A stretch of 63,737 nucleotides of DNA, filler included, from Stramenopiles sp. TOSAG23-2 (GCA_900128395.1; 19 parts of 19 records of this genome joined end to end with filler, not necessarily neighbours in it); one strand, 5' to 3'; shown: positions 1-10,523, numbered from the whole stretch's first letter. The notes: generated from the sequence alone by a model not told the origin. Numbers and translations: made by a program.

Positions 1-55
1 ACGTTAATAAAAAAAAATATTTGGTAAAAATAATAAAATATAATCATAATATAAT

Positions 56-1327
56 ATGGACAACAAAAAGAAAGAAAATGAAACAGAAAACAAAGAAACA
101 AAAAAAGTCAATCCATTACCAATACTACTAGGATCACATGGTTTGTTAGAAGGTGGTTTCATGCTTACTATGCAATCAAGACGAGATATGACATTACATT
201 TTTATAATGGAGACGTTGGACGGTCAACTACATATGCTACAACATTAGCAAGTTTTTCAAATATGTTATCAATATATTTATCTCCCAAGTTCGGTTATGT
301 TTGTGATACATATGGTCGTAAGCCACTTATATTAGCAGCACATGTTGCAAATAGCATATGTTCATTTATGTTTTTATTGAAACCAAATTTAATTACATTA
401 ACTATTTTAAAAGTATTTGCTTCAATGGCATTTTCTGGAAATTCTATTGGTGAAGATGCTGCAATTTCTGATAATTTTTCTGGCAAAGAATTAGCAACGG
501 CAAAGAGTAGAGTCGGTCTCGTTATGGGCGGATCAGCTATTATCTTCTCTCCTCTTGGAGGATATTTAACAGCAATGTCCCTTCAATTGACTGAATTATC
601 AGCATTTATTTTATCAACTATAGGTGCTATATTTGTTTATAGTCAATATCCAGGTGATTTTAAAACCTCGAAAAAAAAGATCAAAGAAAAAGGTGAAGAT
701 AATATACATACACACAAAAAAAAAGAAGCTGCTTCTATTTTTTCATTCACGAAGCTTTTTACAAATGGTTCAAAACTTTCATTAACAACATTAGCATATG
801 TGTGTCAAACATGTTGTGATTATTCATTTGAAGTAGATCAAATGTTTTATCGTCAGAGTATTCAAATACCACCACAACAATTAGGTATGTTATTTTCATT
901 ACGAGGCATATGCGTATTGATCGGTGGCAGTTTAATTAAACCTGGTTTGAAATTGTTTGGTACGTTTAATTACATTACTTTCTTGAACGTTTTTGCCTCT
1001 ATTTATTTGTATATAAAATCATATTCAAGAAGTATTACAAATTTATACTTCATGCTACCATTTTATGCAATGTCTCCATTATTTGTACGGACATCTCCAA
1101 TTTCATCATTGTTTACTAAATATGGCAAAGAAGCAGGTTTAAAAGGTGGTGAATTAGTAGCAGCATATGATAATTTTAATAGTATTATTATGTTATTTAT
1201 ACCAATCATGTATGCACGAATATATGGTGCAACACGAGATGGGACGTTTGCTCGCGTCGGAATTGCATTTTTAGCTGCATGTCAATGTTTAATGATGTAT
1301 GTACGTCGATTAGATAAGGATGATTAA
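56..1327 (+). CDS. Major facilitator superfamily transporter (TetA/MFSD14-like)
   Basis: 423 aa with about 12 hydrophobic segments; MFS motif A variant G-YVCDTYGRK after TM2. Confidence 0.85.
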   Translation: MDNKKKENETENKETKKVNPLPILLGSHGLLEGGFMLTMQSRRDMTLHFYNGDVGRSTTYATTLASFSNMLSIYLSPKFGYVCDTYGRKPLILAAHVANSICSFMFLLKPNLITLTILKVFASMAFSGNSIGEDAAISDNFSGKELATAKSRVGLVMGGSAIIFSPLGGYLTAMSLQLTELSAFILSTIGAIFVYSQYPGDFKTSKKKIKEKGEDNIHTHKKKEAASIFSFTKLFTNGSKLSLTTLAYVCQTCCDYSFEVDQMFYRQSIQIPPQQLGMLFSLRGICVLIGGSLIKPGLKLFGTFNYITFLNVFASIYLYIKSYSRSITNLYFMLPFYAMSPLFVRTSPISSLFTKYGKEAGLKGGELVAAYDNFNSIIMLFIPIMYARIYGATRDGTFARVGIAFLAACQCLMMYVRRLDKDD

Positions 1328-1794
1328 TATCAGAGGAGAAGAGGCTTTGTTTTTTTTAAATTTACACAAATATTCATAATTCGGAAAGGGGGTATGTGGA
1401 TTGTACATACATTAATATTAATAGGAGGCCACACTGACTGCATATTTTCGTTTTCTAGTATCATATTACGCGTATATATGATATGATATCAAGCATGCCC
1501 AGCATGTATGATAGAAACGTAATTCGGTATGTACACTTTTATTAATAAAATGGTGTGTTTTTTTTAATTTCAGGAGATGCAGGGAGAGGAGAGAGAGATT
1601 TTTATCAAGGAGATTTTTATTATTTTATCTTATACTTCGTAAAAATTTTTATTTTTCCAACTTCTTGCTCAAATTTTTTTAGGAACACTTTGTACAAATT
1701 AAAATATATACCGAACGGTTCTCGTATCTTCGTACGAGCACCGGTATTTTTCAAAAAACTACGTATGCATGTACGTGTATTACGTATGTGCACA

Positions 1795-3273
1795 CTACTG
1801 TTTCAATTTTTTTAATGGTCGAGATGACGATGTACCATTATTATGATTACTATTATTATTATTCACATTTCCTAATTTTGGCATTGGCCCAATAGCAACA
1901 TTTTGTGGTTGCATTGGATTAACGCCTTGTGCTCTCATCGCAGCAAACATTGCATCTTGATTAGATCGTTGTATTGCTTTTTTTGTCACACTGTTTGGAT
2001 CATCATACGCCCATCGTAAACTTAATACTTCTTCATCATCCAATGCTTGATTAGCCATTGCTTCTTTTGCAAATTCAGCACTTATACGTAAACGATAACG
2101 TACAAAGCAAATAGAAAGTCTCCAAATCACATTTGTATTTTCAATTTCCCCCCATTTACTAAAATGTCTTTCAACAATTGCTTTAATAGCTTTTGTACCT
2201 TCATTTTTGTTTTTATATTTCGTTGTTTTCAAACCACCAACATACAATGTACGACAATCATTTGCAAAGGAACCAACACCATTCATATCATCACGTTGAT
2301 TTGCATGTCTATCTCTACCAAAACAATCATGCATATTATCTATTCGTACACCATCTTTTTGCAAAGGTATACGGTGTATGTATTTACATTTTTCTCCAGC
2401 TGCACAGTTACCACGTGCAAAAAATAAACAAAAATATGTTTGCCCATTTGTTGTTTTATCACCAACGGTTAAACCAGCATCACGCATTGGAATACAACGT
2501 GTTTCTGCTGGACCTTTATTTTGATCTGCTGACCAATGATCTCCTACATATTTTCCATACCAAACATTAAATTCATTTGCCCCTTCTAAACGTTGTGCCT
2601 TACGTTCATCCATTTCCTCTGCTTGCTGAAATGCTGGTCTTAATCGATATTGCATATCTTCCCTCATTAGCCTATCAAATGTTTTACTACCAGCAGCACC
2701 ACGTCCATACCATCCTGTACCAGCAGGTGCTTGACCCATTTCACTCGGTCTTTCCCACTTGGTTTCTTGTGTTTTTATATTCCAATAATACATTTGTTGT
2801 GTTTTTGGATCGAGCACTTCCCTCCAACCATGATCTTTCATTACATTTGGATCAGTTACTACACCACCAGCACCTTTAGGACGTTGCCTACGACATTTTA
2901 CACATTTTAATGCATTGCCACGATTCTGTGTTCTACATTTATTGCATTTCCAATCTATAGAGGTAATAGCATATGATGCACCAATAGGACCAGCAGTGCC
3001 AGATGCTCTTGTAATTAACTGGTTATTATTATTACTATTAGGTATTGTTGATGACGATACTCCAGATTCCATTGTTTTGCGTTTTTTTATAATAGCTTTA
3101 GAGTTTGTTGAAGCAGCTAATGCAAGTGCTTGTTGTGCAGCAATGGCATATTTATCTTTGTTGTTATTGGTTGTATTATTGTTGTTGTTGTTGTTATTAT
3201 TATTATTATTTATATTGGTTGTGGTAGTAGAACTAGTTGCATTATTATTATTTATTGTAGTCAAAGATGTCAT
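1795..3273 (-). CDS. CWC2: Pre-mRNA splicing factor Cwc2/RBM22 family, with N-terminal RanBP2 zinc finger and WW domain
   Basis: EFNVWYGK; CCCH finger CLFFARGNCAAGEKCKYIH; DCFGRDRH; RRM RTLYVGGL..CFVRY..AEFAKEAMANQAL..LRWAYDDPN; upstream W-K-C-x2-C...C-x2-C and WW (GWREVLDPKTQQMYYWNIKTQETKWERP). Confidence 0.9.
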   Translation of the reverse strand: MTSLTTINNNNATSSTTTTNINNNNNNNNNNNNTTNNNKDKYAIAAQQALALAASTNSKAIIKKRKTMESGVSSSTIPNSNNNNQLITRASGTAGPIGASYAITSIDWKCNKCRTQNRGNALKCVKCRRQRPKGAGGVVTDPNVMKDHGWREVLDPKTQQMYYWNIKTQETKWERPSEMGQAPAGTGWYGRGAAGSKTFDRLMREDMQYRLRPAFQQAEEMDERKAQRLEGANEFNVWYGKYVGDHWSADQNKGPAETRCIPMRDAGLTVGDKTTNGQTYFCLFFARGNCAAGEKCKYIHRIPLQKDGVRIDNMHDCFGRDRHANQRDDMNGVGSFANDCRTLYVGGLKTTKYKNKNEGTKAIKAIVERHFSKWGEIENTNVIWRLSICFVRYRLRISAEFAKEAMANQALDDEEVLSLRWAYDDPNSVTKKAIQRSNQDAMFAAMRAQGVNPMQPQNVAIGPMPKLGNVNNNNSNHNNGTSSSRPLKKLKQ

Positions 3274-3282
3274 TTTTTTAAA

Positions 3283-3382
3283 NNNNNNNNNNNNNNNNNN
3301 NNNNNNNNNNNNNNNNNNNNNNNNNNTTAATTAATTAANNNNNNNNNNNNNNNNNNNNNNNNNNNNNNNNNNNNNNNNNNNN
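3283..3382. other. Artificial contig spacer (44N+TTAATTAATTAA+44N). Identical spacers start at 6652, 10021, 13388, 16753, 20117, 23481, 26844, 30206, 33566, 36926, 40284, 43637, 46990, 50341, 53691, 57040 and 60389
   Basis: Identical 100-bp unit with stops in all six frames; intervening contigs decrease or stay equal in length (3269 to 3249 bp); genes are cut at spacer edges. Confidence 0.98.
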
Positions 3383-3927
3383 TACTAATTAGACCACACC
3401 TGTTTTTAGGAGAGTTTCATCCGTCTTATTTACAAGGTTGTAGTTCGAAAAAAGAGCGTCGAAATTCAAGTTTAAGGTTGTTGTTGAAATTGAGTTTTTT
3501 TGCAGCCTGATGTATTATAACAAATTAAAACTATTCACTATGGGAAATATATATATTATATTATATCTCGTTTTCTAAAATACCAATTTTATTTTTCATA
3601 CAGTATCTACGTAATATGATTGGACAAAAATACAAATATCCGCCGAAGTTTGGCAAGCAATATGAATATAGGAAAACATCAAGTACAATTACCGTATGCT
3701 AAGCAATAATTTGCGCGGTATGTGGTGTGGGTGGTTCCGTATTCCTGGTATTATTGAAATTATTAGTATACATAGAAATAAAAAAGTAACAGATGACGCA
3801 GAGATAGAGACGATATATCATTATTACATTGAAAGAAACGAATGTAGAACATATCAACCCATTCTCATAAAACGAACGTATAATTGTACACACAAACATA
3901 TTTACATACACACACAATTGTAAAACA

Positions 3928-4563
3928 ATGGAAATCACGAATCAAAACGTTGATAAATTGAAAAAACAAATTAAAGATTTAAGAAATGAAATTCGAAAAA
4001 TTGATACTTTATTATTGACTGAAGAACAATTTCAAAAAGATGTTTTAGATGTATTAAAAGATGAAAAAGCAAAATTAATTTTATTAAAGAAACAAAGTGA
4101 TCCGATGACAAAATTGGTCTTGTTACGTTTAAAAGGCAAAACGACATTGCGAACAATTGAAGACTTGATTTATACCACATTCGATATGGAACATCTTGAA
4201 AAATATTTATTACAATTAAAAACTATTTTGTTACAATTGTCACAACATTCAAAATTATTTACACGTCATATGATGTACGAAGATTTTAAACAAATGGACT
4301 GGGACGTAGGATCCTTGCGTCAGTTACAGCGCGTTTTAGATCCAAACGGGCATTTATATATTGGTTCAAATGTAGAAACTAAAATTTTATCTATTCTTGA
4401 TTATTTATATGACGGGACAAGTTTACATTTCAAGATGAAGAAGAACAATAACAAGAATAATATGTTATGTTACAAGAAAATGACGTCCACGAATAATAAT
4501 AAAACAAAAAGAAGAAGAGGCAGAACTTTACGACGTAGTACACGCAGAAATTCAATTGCATAA
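3928..4563 (+). CDS. Hypothetical protein with N-terminal coiled coil and basic C-terminus
   Basis: 211-aa ATG-initiated ORF with host-like codon usage; no recognised domain. Confidence 0.55.
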   Translation: MEITNQNVDKLKKQIKDLRNEIRKIDTLLLTEEQFQKDVLDVLKDEKAKLILLKKQSDPMTKLVLLRLKGKTTLRTIEDLIYTTFDMEHLEKYLLQLKTILLQLSQHSKLFTRHMMYEDFKQMDWDVGSLRQLQRVLDPNGHLYIGSNVETKILSILDYLYDGTSLHFKMKKNNNKNNMLCYKKMTSTNNNKTKRRRGRTLRRSTRRNSIA

Positions 4564-4741
4564 AAAGAAGATTTATATACATATATACAAAAATCAAAAC
4601 AAGAACACACTCGTATAATATATATATATATATATCGTATATAATTTATATTCGCTTCGTGATGTGCGAACGTGTATACAACACCCCGATTATATTAATA
4701 AAAATAAATTTTACACACCCCCTGTGAAAAATTAAAAAATC

Positions 4742-6649
4742 TCAAACACCATGGCGTAACGAAGCAATTCGTGAACGTTCTGTTTCTACTGTGTTGATTA
4801 AATTTTTTATTAAACCATTTACATTGTTTGTATTGATATTACTACTACTACTGATCAAATTACTACTATTACTAATACTATTATTCATATTCGTGCTGCT
4901 AAGGGAAGTATGATCATTTGCTATACCAAGTTTTTTCTGTTGCAAAATACTCTTCTCTTTACTAACTCTTGATATTAAATTTTGCAACATATCTAATGAT
5001 TGAACAATTGGATTTTCTAATTTAATCGGACTTAAATTGACTTTTATATCATCCTTCGTAGCAGCACCATTGTTAAAGAAATCGTTGTTATCCCTATGTA
5101 TAATATTCAAATCCACTTGAGTTGCAGAAGATAATTTCATTACATCAGTACCACGAGATTCCATTACAATAGTTTCTGTATTAATACCAACAGTAGAAAG
5201 AATATCATCAACATTCATATTTTCTTCATTTTTAACTACAAATCCATCTTGTTTTACTGCTTCCTCGGCGTCATCTTCCTCTATATCATCTTCACTAATA
5301 TTAATATCAATGTATTCATCATCGTCATCGTCATCAGACGCAGCATCACCATCGGCGACTTTGCCATTATTATCATTACTGCCAACAGATTTATTCAATA
5401 ATACTTCAGATAAAACCGTATGAACATGGCGTTGATACCAATCATCTTTATTCAACATGTCATCTCCTCCATTGTTATTATTATTATTATCCGTACTTGA
5501 ACTTACATTGGTACTATCGTCGTTTTCTGATGTTTCTTCTATAGCATCATCATCATCATCATCATTTCGCATGTAATCTTCTAACATTTGTGTATGGTTC
5601 TTTAAATCAATACTTGTATTCAATGTTTTTATCGACTGTATTTTTGGACGTTTTGTTAATGGTGGTCGAGGTCGTTGTTGCATGATGGTAGATGGTGCCG
5701 GTGGTGGTGGTGGTGGTGTTGTTGATGATGGGAACGTTGTATCGCTATGCAATTTCATAAACTTGTTTATAAAGATCGGAACGGCTTTTAATGGTATCCA
5801 TTCCGGCAAACCTTGACACCATACTGGAGACATTGGAACAAGTATATCTTGTACAATATATGCAAACATTTCCTTTGTTGTAAATGGGCCATTTCTTGAA
5901 TCTTGTTGATTATGATTTATGAAATACCATCGACGTTTTCCATCCATGGTATTGTTACTTTTATTATCTTCCACATCATTGAATTCTATTATTTCATCTG
6001 AATCATCATCGTTATCGTTATTTTCTTCTACTGCAATTAAATCTTCTATTATTTCTGTTGTTCGAGAACTTTCATGTTTCTCGGAAGAAATATTCTTCTT
6101 TTTATCATTGTTTTGTTCAATAACTATCGTTTCCTTTTTTCCTATCTTATTCGCTTCAATTATCACCTGTTTATTATTATTATCATCATCTACATTGCTT
6201 GACTCTTTACTATTCTTCATATTTTGTAATTTCTCAGACGTTGTACTAGAATTATCTAATAACATATCATCGATTTCTTGTAATGTTTTTTTCCTGCGTT
6301 CACTACGTTTTGTTGGTGGTGCATTTCGAAAACGATTTATTAAATTTGCTATACCTATTGCACGTGAAGTATCAACTTTTGAACCTGTATTATTATTATT
6401 AGTGTTATTTGATCGATGTACGATATTTTGTTGATCCACTTTATTTTCTTTAAAAGATGGAGAGGGTCCTAAATTTTGTTGCTGTTGTTGTTTGTCCGAT
6501 TGGATTGGTGGTTTGATGATATTTTTCTTTTTCTCATTTATTTTAGATGCAAGTTGTTCTTTTTCTTCTTTCATTTTATTGTTGTTGTTGTTGTTGTCAT
6601 TATTAATAACAAGACCACTACGACTAACAGCTTTGGTTGGTTTTGGACA
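4742..6649 (-). CDS. GYF_2 (DUF4339)-domain low-complexity protein, probably 5' partial
   Basis: WYF...NGPFTTKEM...VWCQGLPEWIPLKAVP is the GYF_2 signature; frame stays open from ATG 6574 to the contig edge. Confidence 0.7.
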   Translation of the reverse strand, partial: CPKPTKAVSRSGLVINNDNNNNNNKMKEEKEQLASKINEKKKNIIKPPIQSDKQQQQQNLGPSPSFKENKVDQQNIVHRSNNTNNNNTGSKVDTSRAIGIANLINRFRNAPPTKRSERRKKTLQEIDDMLLDNSSTTSEKLQNMKNSKESSNVDDDNNNKQVIIEANKIGKKETIVIEQNNDKKKNISSEKHESSRTTEIIEDLIAVEENNDNDDDSDEIIEFNDVEDNKSNNTMDGKRRWYFINHNQQDSRNGPFTTKEMFAYIVQDILVPMSPVWCQGLPEWIPLKAVPIFINKFMKLHSDTTFPSSTTPPPPPPAPSTIMQQRPRPPLTKRPKIQSIKTLNTSIDLKNHTQMLEDYMRNDDDDDDAIEETSENDDSTNVSSSTDNNNNNNGGDDMLNKDDWYQRHVHTVLSEVLLNKSVGSNDNNGKVADGDAASDDDDDDEYIDINISEDDIEEDDAEEAVKQDGFVVKNEENMNVDDILSTVGINTETIVMESRGTDVMKLSSATQVDLNIIHRDNNDFFNNGAATKDDIKVNLSPIKLENPIVQSLDMLQNLISRVSKEKSILQQKKLGIANDHTSLSSTNMNNSISNSSNLISSSSNINTNNVNGLIKNLINTVETERSRIASLRHGV

Positions 6650-6751
6650 GTNNNNNNNNNNNNNNNNNNNNNNNNNNNNNNNNNNNNNNNNNNNNTTAAT
6701 TAATTAANNNNNNNNNNNNNNNNNNNNNNNNNNNNNNNNNNNNNNNNNNNN

Positions 6752-8182
6752 AGTAAAAATTCAACGATGCTGTTGCCATTAAATATACGTGAAGGTTTTT
6801 TCTTAAGTATGCGATTGGATGTACCATTAATTGCTCGACAACAATCTGGCACTACTTCTGTAAAGATAAATGAAAATACAACAATAAACGAGGACAATAA
6901 TAACAAAAATATTATGGGAAGCATCAATGATACAACTAGACTTAGTAATACTAATGATCTTCTCAATAATTTATTAGATATTGATGAATTAAATAATAGT
7001 ACAGATGAGGAGGAAGAAAATGATAAGAAAAAGAGTAGAAATATCAAGAAAGATGATCTGCAAAAAGATAATAATACTGCTGGGGAAAAAAATAGCAATG
7101 ATTTGTACTATGAAACTTTATGTAAATTTTTACTTTTAGATTTTAATAATGATTATGAACAAAATAAATTTGGTAGTGGAGATAGAAGACGAAATAGAAG
7201 AATGCGCCAACAGAATAATCAAAATGGCATGTTCAGTGCAATCCATGAAGATGCTGAACAAATTGAAAGTGCTGCATCTGATCTTTACGTAGCAAACTCG
7301 TTATCATTATATCTTATAAATATTCAAATTGCCTTACGAAGTCATAATCGGATCAGTACTGGACCAACTGGAAGAAAGATATCTATCAGTCAAAAACAAA
7401 GTTATATACGGAAAGGGAACAATTTGAATTGTTTAATTGACCCGTTTCTTGAAGCTGCTCGTTTGACTGCGTTTTTGCATGGTTCAGAATATTTATTACC
7501 GTGGCATATACGTTACATAACACCTTTCGTATTTTCCCATCGTTTTGATTTGCAACGTGATCAATTTATAGGAGGAAGAAGAGGTTCTGGTAATATGACT
7601 GATTTATACGCAGATGCTGAACGTATATGTTTAGAAGTTTTAAATTCAATTCCATGTATTTTATCCGATGTTAATATGTTTTTTCCAAAACACAATGCAC
7701 AAATAAAACGGGGATATAGCAATTCTATTGGTACACCTGGTAATTCAAATACAAATACACCAGTGATGTTAAATAAAAAGGTTTCAAGAGATATTATAGA
7801 TAATAACAACAAAAATTTAAGTACCAATAATAGTATGATGAAAGTAGCATCTAAAATAATTGATCATCGTAGACAAAGAACATTAAGCAGCAGTGATACT
7901 CAAGTGGAAAATGTTAGTAATAACGAGAATGCATTAGATAGGCATTTATTTGATGATAGTAATAAAATTCATGAGAGTGATGATTTAAATAATACTACAG
8001 ATGTTCATAAGGATGATGGTATCAATAATAGCAATGATAAAAGTACAACATCAATCATTGATGATGATAATAATAACATCATAAATAGCAATGATGTTGA
8101 TGATGATAGCAACAATGAACAAATTTTAAATCAATCGAGTGATTATGATTTTACATTAGATTTTGAAAACAATCAACAATAA
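6752..8182 (+). CDS. 5'-partial protein with MoxR/ChlI-type AAA+ lid-like segment
   Basis: FLEAARLTAFLHGSEYLLPWHIRYITPFVFSHRF resembles the MoxR lid consensus (AxAxAxLxGRxYVxPxDV...VLxHR); frame open to contig start. Confidence 0.55.
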   Translation, partial: SKNSTMLLPLNIREGFFLSMRLDVPLIARQQSGTTSVKINENTTINEDNNNKNIMGSINDTTRLSNTNDLLNNLLDIDELNNSTDEEEENDKKKSRNIKKDDLQKDNNTAGEKNSNDLYYETLCKFLLLDFNNDYEQNKFGSGDRRRNRRMRQQNNQNGMFSAIHEDAEQIESAASDLYVANSLSLYLINIQIALRSHNRISTGPTGRKISISQKQSYIRKGNNLNCLIDPFLEAARLTAFLHGSEYLLPWHIRYITPFVFSHRFDLQRDQFIGGRRGSGNMTDLYADAERICLEVLNSIPCILSDVNMFFPKHNAQIKRGYSNSIGTPGNSNTNTPVMLNKKVSRDIIDNNNKNLSTNNSMMKVASKIIDHRRQRTLSSSDTQVENVSNNENALDRHLFDDSNKIHESDDLNNTTDVHKDDGINNSNDKSTTSIIDDDNNNIINSNDVDDDSNNEQILNQSSDYDFTLDFENNQQ

Positions 8183-8267
8183 AAAAATGTGTCAATAACT
8201 CCTCTGTAACAGTTTTTTGTTTTTTATTATATATATATATTTATTTTATAAAAATTTTTATGTGATC

Positions 8268-8348
8268 TGAAATATTTTACACTCTCTGTCGCATCTTGTA
8301 ATTTTTTAATTTTTTTTTAATTGCTAGATGGTCATTCAATATCAATCT
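8268..8348 (-). promoter_or_regulatory. SECIS element (selenocysteine insertion sequence) in the 3' UTR of the DsbA-like gene
   Basis: Minus strand reads AUGAC-CAUCUAGCAAUU-[A9 UU A4]-AAUUACAAGAUG-CGAC: AUGA/GA core (8335-8332 / 8290-8289), 12-position helix II with 10 Watson-Crick pairs, unpaired apical As; outer boundaries approximate. Confidence 0.8.
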
Positions 8349-8447
8349 CATATTTAATATAAAAACAATATTTTTTTAGTAAACACACATTATTTATAAT
8401 AATATATATAAATATATACATATCTACAGGTGGCAGGGGAAAGAAAA

Positions 8448-9455
8448 CTACATACTAAATCTCTGTACATCCATGTAAATTTGTTCAAATAAAGCTGCAA
8501 AATAGTCACTTGATCCACTGCCTTTGACAAGATATGGCTTTCGTTTCCCACTTGAACGGAATGGTAAACCAACTGCGTCAATTTTTGGAACATTAAATAC
8601 AAAAAGAGGTATCGAATGTATATTTTTCTCATAGATCGTACGTCCATACCATTCCCATACATAATCCTCTAATTCATTTGTATTTAAAAATGCATTTGCA
8701 TCTTCTACATTTAATCCAACTTTTTCAACAGCTTCTAGTAATGTATCTCGATAACTTGCACTTTTTTGTTCTTCAAAATGTTTTTTATTAATAAGTGTCA
8801 TATACTCTTCTTGCCGACCGTATCGTCCACACCAGAGCAATAATCTTTGACTTTCAATAGGTTGCCACTGTGCTGGTACATGAAAATTAAAATTAATATT
8901 TGCTTTTTTGCCTAATTCTTTCATACCAGCTTCCGCGCTTGCTCTTCGTTCCGCGCTACCAGTGTATCCTAATAATGCTTCATGCCATGTTGGCAATTTT
9001 TTCTTTTTCATTTTACAAGAACTGCCGCCGTTTTTTTTATTATCATTGTTACAACTACCGCTATTATATCCAATTAAACCACCTCTATCATATTCATCTT
9101 TCTTACTATCACCTATGAAAGAATATGGATACCTTGTTACATTAATCATCAAAACAACATTTTCATATTTCTTGTGAAATAGTTCCATCCCTTTCATAAT
9201 ATTATTTTTCCCTATGTATCCATGCGGTCATTGTGTACAAGTAACAAAATCACATTCTATACGAAGTTGTTTTAAATTATCATTATTATTATTTTTAATT
9301 TTATTTTGTACAATATTGTTACTTAATAAATTATCGACACCAGTATATAATAATAATTGATTCTTTTTACTTTCCGCCATCGTTGTTGGTATTATTGTTG
9401 CATATATTCCAATGATAATCAATAATAACGATACTATTGATGACGATAATTGCAT
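8448..9455 (-). CDS. DsbA/FrnE-like thioredoxin-fold selenoprotein with signal peptide (335 aa; TGA at 9228-9230 = Sec76)
   Basis: ORFs 9228..9470 and 8448..9197 share a frame, separated only by TGA in DFVTCTQ*PHGYIGK, which aligns to FrnE D-x-x-C-P-W-C-Y-I-G-K; downstream RYPY, QRLLLW and cis-Pro IHSIPLFVF; SECIS downstream. Confidence 0.88.
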
Positions 9456-10523
9456 TCTATTATTTATCAATTTTACATTTCTACACCATCTAGTTCTCTT
9501 CCTCTCTTTCTATTTTTATATATATCAAAAAGCTAGTAAATATAAAAAAATATACAGTATATTTGAAATACTATAATAGTAGTGCAATACATAGGTTAAG
9601 GTTGTACTGATGAAATGATGAAATTTAAAATTTGTAGTATGCTGGTATATGCCTGGTATGCTGTGGTATGCCATATAACTAATCAGTATAAATAATAAGG
9701 TAAAAATAGCAGTTTTACTTTTATTCATTTTTAGTCATAGATTTAGTGAATTTAGTTTCGATGTATAAAAATAGTTTTGGTGTGTGTTATACGGAAGAAG
9801 GAGATATTGAGAAAGATAATGGAGATGTTGATTTGAATGAGGGCGACGATGATAAAGACAGTGATGTTGATATTGAAATTGATGATAGTGATAATGAAAA
9901 GGAAGATGAGAAAAAAGAAGCTGAAGCAGTTGTAGATTTAAGTATGAATGCAAATTTAGTTAGTCCAACTACAACAAAGAAAAAAAAATTAAACAAAGGA
10001 GCAGCGGTCTTTTAAAAACANNNNNNNNNNNNNNNNNNNNNNNNNNNNNNNNNNNNNNNNNNNNTTAATTAATTAANNNNNNNNNNNNNNNNNNNNNNNN
10101 NNNNNNNNNNNNNNNNNNNNCGATTATTATAGGCGCAAGTTTTAATAATCGCGGTTTGTATATCTCTACACGTAGTAGAAATCCAATTGGAAGCTGCGAG
10201 CTCCTTTACTTCGGCTTTGCTTATTATGGTTTTGATTCTCTTATTTTAAAAAAATAATTTACGGTGTTCGTAATTATGGTACCATGTACCATGTATACAT
10301 TGTTGATTTAGAGTTATACTCGCGGAGTTTTAAATAATAACTTTTTTTGAGACACACACGAGGTCTTTTTTATAGCACCCACCCTTCACCAAAATATTTT
10401 CAAATTTTAAACTTTTTCTCATGTCAAACTGAATATACCACCACATCCTTCCTTTACACACACACATTCCTTTGGTTCTCTCTTCCCCCCCTCCCAGTGG
10501 TCCGGAAAAAAAAAAAAAAAACA

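Noticed and set aside
2164-3334. Many 60-180 aa ORFs antisense to or overlapping real genes (poly-Leu/Ser/Ile products), here and throughout
   Set aside because: Shadow frames of low-complexity AAT/GAT/GAA-rich coding sequence
3327-3338. TTAATTAATTAA recurring every ~3.35 kb, resembling a regular repeat array
   Set aside because: Always embedded in 44+44 Ns; a synthetic six-frame-stop linker between size-sorted contigs, not biology
9228-9230. TGA reassigned genome-wide (alternative genetic code)
   Set aside because: TGA terminates well-conserved genes at the expected ends (MTHFR, GH56, glyoxalase II); recoding is site-specific
9746-10015. Acidic 89-aa ORF at the contig end
   Set aside because: Looks coding but has no clear start, exon structure or homology; cannot be supported as a feature
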